This document shows positions 46,338-64,000 of a DNA stretch of 64,000 nt, in pieces (positions within the stretch are counted from its first letter, which is position 1; the number at the start of each line of letters is the position of its first letter). A program made the position numbers and the translations under genes. The DNA is from Trichoplax adhaerens (lineage: Eukaryota; Animalia; Placozoa): positions 10,448,209 through 10,512,208 of the forward strand of contig NW_002060943.1 of NCBI RefSeq assembly GCF_000150275.1, in the 5' to 3' direction. The notes under the pieces are model-generated. The model did no database searches. It was not told where the DNA came from and saw only the letters and a program-made list of their open reading frames with translations.

Positions 46338-46950
46338 ATCTCTACTGTAAAAGTAAACGTAAGGTACAGTACGTACAGTGTACATTGACTACGCCAGCCA
46401 TGCAGTATTTACTCTACTGAACAGTATTATTTTTATTTTCTTTTTCAATCTCTAAAAAACCACCATACTGAACCATATTTACAGTAGAGTACAGTACAGT
46501 ACATACTGTACATTACAGGGCGTCCGGACACATTTTATTTGGCTTTGTATGAAAAATGTGTCCAGATTTTTTTACACTCTTTTTTCCTCGTACTAAAGCT
46601 GTTAATCTAGTTTTTTGCTGATACCATTATCTAAATTCTAGAGTGTACAATACAGTATCTGCTCTGACCTATGACCTATGGCTGCAGCACAGCTACAGGG
46701 TGCTTGTGAGGTTGTAGAATGGATTCAGTAGTCTCTGATTCAGCCTGCAAAAACACCAGCTGTGACTTGTCCGATGTCTAAGTACAGTGCAAGAAAATTT
46801 GAAATTATCCTCTGCTATACGAGTCAATTAATTACTATAAATTTCATGCAAGTCGTAAATACAGCATAAGTTGAAGTACTGTACTGTATACCTAGTATCT
46901 AGACTTAATTTTAGATACCGAAGTGATTGTACACTACTGTACTGTACTTC
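46338..46950. repeat. TA-delimited pentamer clusters upstream of HSD17B4
   Basis: ggtacagtacgtacagtgtacattg (46363), gtacagtacagtacatactgtacattacaggg (46489), gtactgtactgtatac (46877), tactgtactgtac (46936). Confidence 0.8.
46514..46566 (+). mobile_element. Possible solo Tc1/mariner-type terminal inverted repeat relic with internal inverted repeat
   Basis: TA|CAGGGCGTCC resembles Tc1/mariner termini (TA-CAGGGYGT). tccggacacatttt (46523-46536) and aaaatgtgtccaga (46553-46566) form a 14-bp inverted repeat with one mismatch. No partner end found. Confidence 0.35.
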
Positions 46951-47634
46951 AACAACATCATCGTATATAATTTACGTACGTGCAATATTCACGCATTGTT
47001 AAAATTTGGGCTACAATAATTAGTTTATTTATTTAACCTCTATTAACTAACTTACATAATTATAATCTGACCCTCATTATTATTAAACACGTTAGATGCT
47101 TAATAGTTAATAGTTCAGGTTTGTATATATGTTATATACGTTATATTAATTCTTGAAAGTTGTTACAATAAGTTAGCCTGTAACAGTATAGCATATATGT
47201 ACAATGTTTTTACCGTCATGATGTAATACTCACAGCTAATGGCGTTATAACGTCTAAGTTAGTTAAGACTTTTACTGTTACTTTAGAACATAGTATACTA
47301 CAGCACTTTTTTACAAAAGTGTATTTAAATTAACAGTATGATTAAAATACTTTGTTAACATCCAAAATAATAGGTAATATATATTATGGTATATTAGAAA
47401 ACTAATTTAAAATAAAAATTATTGCGACATTAGTTGAATGAAATAATGCCATTATGTTAAATAAAAGTTAACAATTCATATAACTTCATTTATAAATGTA
47501 ATAGATGTTTACAAGTAGATACCAGATATGATCCTATATACATAAAAATATATTTATATCGGCAGATCGATCCTTTGATATTAAAAACTCGTGAACTTGG
47601 AGGTCCGCTAATTGATAATCATTAATGATAATAA

Positions 47635-55798
<8,164 letters not shown>

Positions 55799-56959
55799 GC
55801 TTGAATCCTTGAATCTTGACCTCAGATTTGTACTATGAAATTGAAGATATTCTTTAAGTCTTGTTTCATACTCGTATACAAGAACTACATTAGAATTAAT
55901 TGCTTACATTGCGCTATGCAATATTTTACTAAGTTGATGAATTTTTAATTTAATTTGTAACACTAGTAGATGAAAAGACAACAATGTAAGACACTTATCA
56001 CATAAGTGCTATTAATTCTTCACATAGCTATTACATTGTAGCATGTCAAGTTATTTAGTATTTCGACGAGATATCTTAATTTATTTATACTGTACAGAAT
56101 GGTAAGATGATTAGATAGAATGAAGCTTAGATGATTGTTGAATAAGAAATTCTGTGACGTTAACATGTGTAAATTGAGAAATGGTTATGAAGCTATTAAA
56201 ATATTACTGATACTAAATTTTGTAGCAACAAAGATTATAGGCATAATACTGATTAAAAAGATTTCAACTCATCATCATTTTCTTTCCTTTCAAGTTAAGA
56301 CGAGAATGCTGTTACTACTCCATTTATAATACGTATACTCTACTGTCATGGACTACTACAAATCTTACCAAAATCTTCTTATAGGGTATGATAGTGTTAT
56401 ACTATATACGTACGAGTACTTGTAAGATAATGTTTAACACTTCATTAATCAATATAATCAACAATTTTGTAATTCTGTAATTAAAGGAATTTTGCGGATG
56501 TATGTTAGCATTCCTCCATACAGTTATGGGTGCTTTAAATTATAGAATTAACTTTTTAGTACTTTTATATGCAGGATTTATTTTTATAACATTGTAATAC
56601 CACAACCTATAGGTATTTTCAAAGCGCTAAAGTCGTACAACTGTCAGCTGTATGAATGAAAATATTCGCGTTTCAGGTTACTTACTGTAGAATGCAGCAG
56701 GATACCAATCTTTTTAATGCATGTTACGAGAATAATGCATCATTGATAGCAATAGAGTGAATTCCTTTTAGAAGTTGGGCTGCCACAACTTTAATATTCT
56801 ACGCATACAGTCGAGGCTTTAATATATGCAATGGCTACCTGGATGGATTTGAGAATAAATGATGACAACATTTGGTGTTGATTCTCTCAACACATAGATG
56901 ACATTTACTGTAGTACGCATGTGCAGACTGAACAACGACCATGCCACCATCCACCTGGT

Positions 56960-57095
56960 GCACAGTAAGGTACTGTACCGTACTTTCATGGACTACTGTA
57001 CTGTACAGTATACTGTATCATACTGTATTGCAGTAAGGTAACTCTATTACAAGTTACTATTTTACGCTACAGCTCACTGACATACTACTACAGTG
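56960..57095. repeat. TA-delimited pentamer array between divergent MBTPS1 and GNAT genes
   Basis: ggtactgtaccgtac...tactgtactgtacagtatactgtatcatactgta (56969-57027). Confidence 0.85.
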
Positions 57096-57210
57096 AGCTT
57101 GGACGACATCTGCACGGCGAAGCGCGGCGGGCAAGCTAGTGTTCATAAAAATTATTATTATTTATTTTGCCTGTTGTGTTGCAGACACGTATCTAAAACT
57201 GAGAGCCCAC

Positions 57211-57657
57211 ATGCAAAAGAGTATGGAAATTTTAGAGGTGAAAGAACGAGATCAGATTAAGACGTGCTTTAATGCTTTTAAAGAACTTCGCCCACATTTA
57301 AAAGATTCTACGTCTTTCGTAGATCAGGTCATCGAACAGCAAAAGCAGGGTTATACAATTGCTGCTATATTTGATAATAGCGAATCTTCATCAGCTGCAG
57401 CTTGTATAGGGTATCGTGAGATAACTACCTTAGCCTGGGGAAGATGTATTTACATTGATGATTTTACTACGCATTCCGTGCATCGAAGGAAAGGGTATGG
57501 GAATGCTCTGCTCAAGTACGTCATCGACATTGCGAAACGAAATGGATATGACATGATTCACCTGGATACTGGATATGGTAGACATGATGCACATCGCGTT
57601 TACCTCCGTAATGATTTTCAGTTCAAAAGTCATCATCTCAGTCTAACTTGTGAATAA
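57211..57657 (+). CDS. Intronless GNAT-family N-acetyltransferase of bacterial type (HGT candidate), ~148 aa
   Basis: ELRPHL; QQKQGY; LAWGRCIYIDD; acetyl-CoA motif A RRKGYG; IHLDTGYGRHDAHRVY; SHHLSL. First ATG at 57211 (the track start 57139 is GTG). AATAAA at 57653 and 57666. Confidence 0.9.
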   Translation: MQKSMEILEVKERDQIKTCFNAFKELRPHLKDSTSFVDQVIEQQKQGYTIAAIFDNSESSSAAACIGYREITTLAWGRCIYIDDFTTHSVHRRKGYGNALLKYVIDIAKRNGYDMIHLDTGYGRHDAHRVYLRNDFQFKSHHLSLTCE

Positions 57658-57829
57658 ATTAGATTAATAAACTTGTACAATATTTATAATGTATGCGTTA
57701 TGTTTTATTATTTGTATCTTCTCTCTACAGTATATCAATTATTTTTTACATGCAAACAAAGGTTATAGCGATAATATGGAATAGGACCAGGGAACTTCAT
57801 TTGTACTTTTTAGTGTCCTCTCATATGAA

Positions 57830-58760
57830 CTACTGTACTGTATGTATCAAGAAATGATCTTGTTTGCAAAAGACAGTTGATATCATAGAGTGCATTAGGT
57901 ACACTGTACAGTGTACAGTACAGTACTGTACTGTACGGTACTGTAAGTTATACTGTATGTTCGTATGCAATACAGTATACAGTACTGTACTCGTAATAGT
58001 GGCCCATTGAGTGAGTAGGTTAGTCCGTTTGTTATATCATATTATTACTGCTGTACTGTACATCTCTCTCTGTGATGGCTCCATCTTGCTACAAAATAAA
58101 GTCATTTAAACATTTACTGTAGGTATTACTCATTTAGATATTTTTGTGTTATGATGTAATGACAGTACTGTACAGTACTTGGTACCATGGGTAGGGGTAG
58201 GGCTGTACAGTGTACAGTACTGTATGGGCCGGGCGTACAGTACTGTACAGTACTGTACTAAAGTGAGTACTGTAATGTACTGTGCTGTACAGTGTACAGT
58301 ACATTCTTAAGTAAGTATTGTACTGTACAGTGCTCTACTGCGTTGGAGACTTGTAGCTGGTTTTAGTCTATACAGTATCAGTATATACGTACGTATGTTT
58401 AAGACACTATAGTGTTTTGTGATGGCGCTGCGCTGTGTAGTCTGCAGCGCATGAAGAGAGGATTGAGCAAACGATAACTTCATAAGCATTCACGTTTTTT
58501 AGTCTCCTGGATGTACTGATTTACTGTTTTGATAATTGTCATTTCTCAATTGCTTGCTGTAGAGTATATACAGTATCTTCATCACACTTATCGCTGTAAT
58601 CGTATAACGTTAGTGTCTTACAGTAAATAAGTAGTTCAGTATTACTGCCGACGTGATAGCAGTAGAGTATTGACTTGGCTTGGCTGAGAATTTAACATAC
58701 TGTACAGTACTGTAACGTAGTGTACTGTACAAGTGTACGTTGCTCGCTACGGTACATCCT
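57830..58760. repeat. Large TA-delimited pentamer arrays upstream of VPS4
   Basis: 57900-57953 parses as TA CACTG TA CAGTG TA CAG TA CAG TA CTG TA CTG TA CGG TA CTG TA; further blocks at 58162-58332 and 58698-58755. Confidence 0.9.
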
Positions 58761-58820
58761 CAGGTGATAAAGTGAAACGGGCAAGGGCAGTTTGCGAACG
58801 CCGTTCAGGTCCAATTCAAA

Positions 58821-63878
<5,058 letters not shown>

Positions 63879-64000
63879 CGATACTGACTCTTCAATCGTT
63901 AAGACTTTGAAATGAAGCCTAATCATGATATAAAAATTAGCATTAGCGGATGGCATACGAAGGTCCGCTTATTTAGTACACATTATAAATTCATGAACAA

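Noticed and set aside
57139-57210. Hydrophobic N-terminal extension (signal peptide) of the GNAT in the ORF track
   Set aside because: It starts at GTG and corresponds to a T-rich polypyrimidine tract/acceptor region; the first ATG is at 57211.

Overview
AT-rich, intron-dense eukaryotic DNA from an early-branching animal. The compact gene packing, ~70-150 nt introns and intronless rhodopsin-type GPCRs suggest a placozoan (Trichoplax-like); this is inferred, not proven. Gene order: possible first exon of a gene leaving the window (-), CEP76 (+), two paralogous intronless class A GPCRs (-) in a ~16 kb gene-poor stretch, MATE/SLC47 transporter (-), compact ANKRD11/12 orthologue (-), secreted peptidase C45/Tan-like Ntn hydrolase (+), HSD17B4/MFE-2 (-), MBTPS1 site-1 protease (-), an intronless bacterial-type GNAT acetyltransferase (+, HGT candidate), and VPS4 (+). 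The main unexplained signal is a set of dense TA-delimited arrays (TA-CAG-TA, TA-CTG-TA, TA-CGG-TA, TA-CCG-TA, TA-CAGTG-TA, TA-CACTG-TA, mixed orientation). They sit upstream of every non-GPCR gene and do not form arrays around the GPCRs. The basic unit equals the canonical Tc1/mariner (Sleeping Beauty-type) excision footprint. This suggests promoter 'footprint islands' built by repeated transposon insertion and excision, possibly co-opted as a promoter mark. All gene calls come from manual translation and remembered family motifs; no searches were run.
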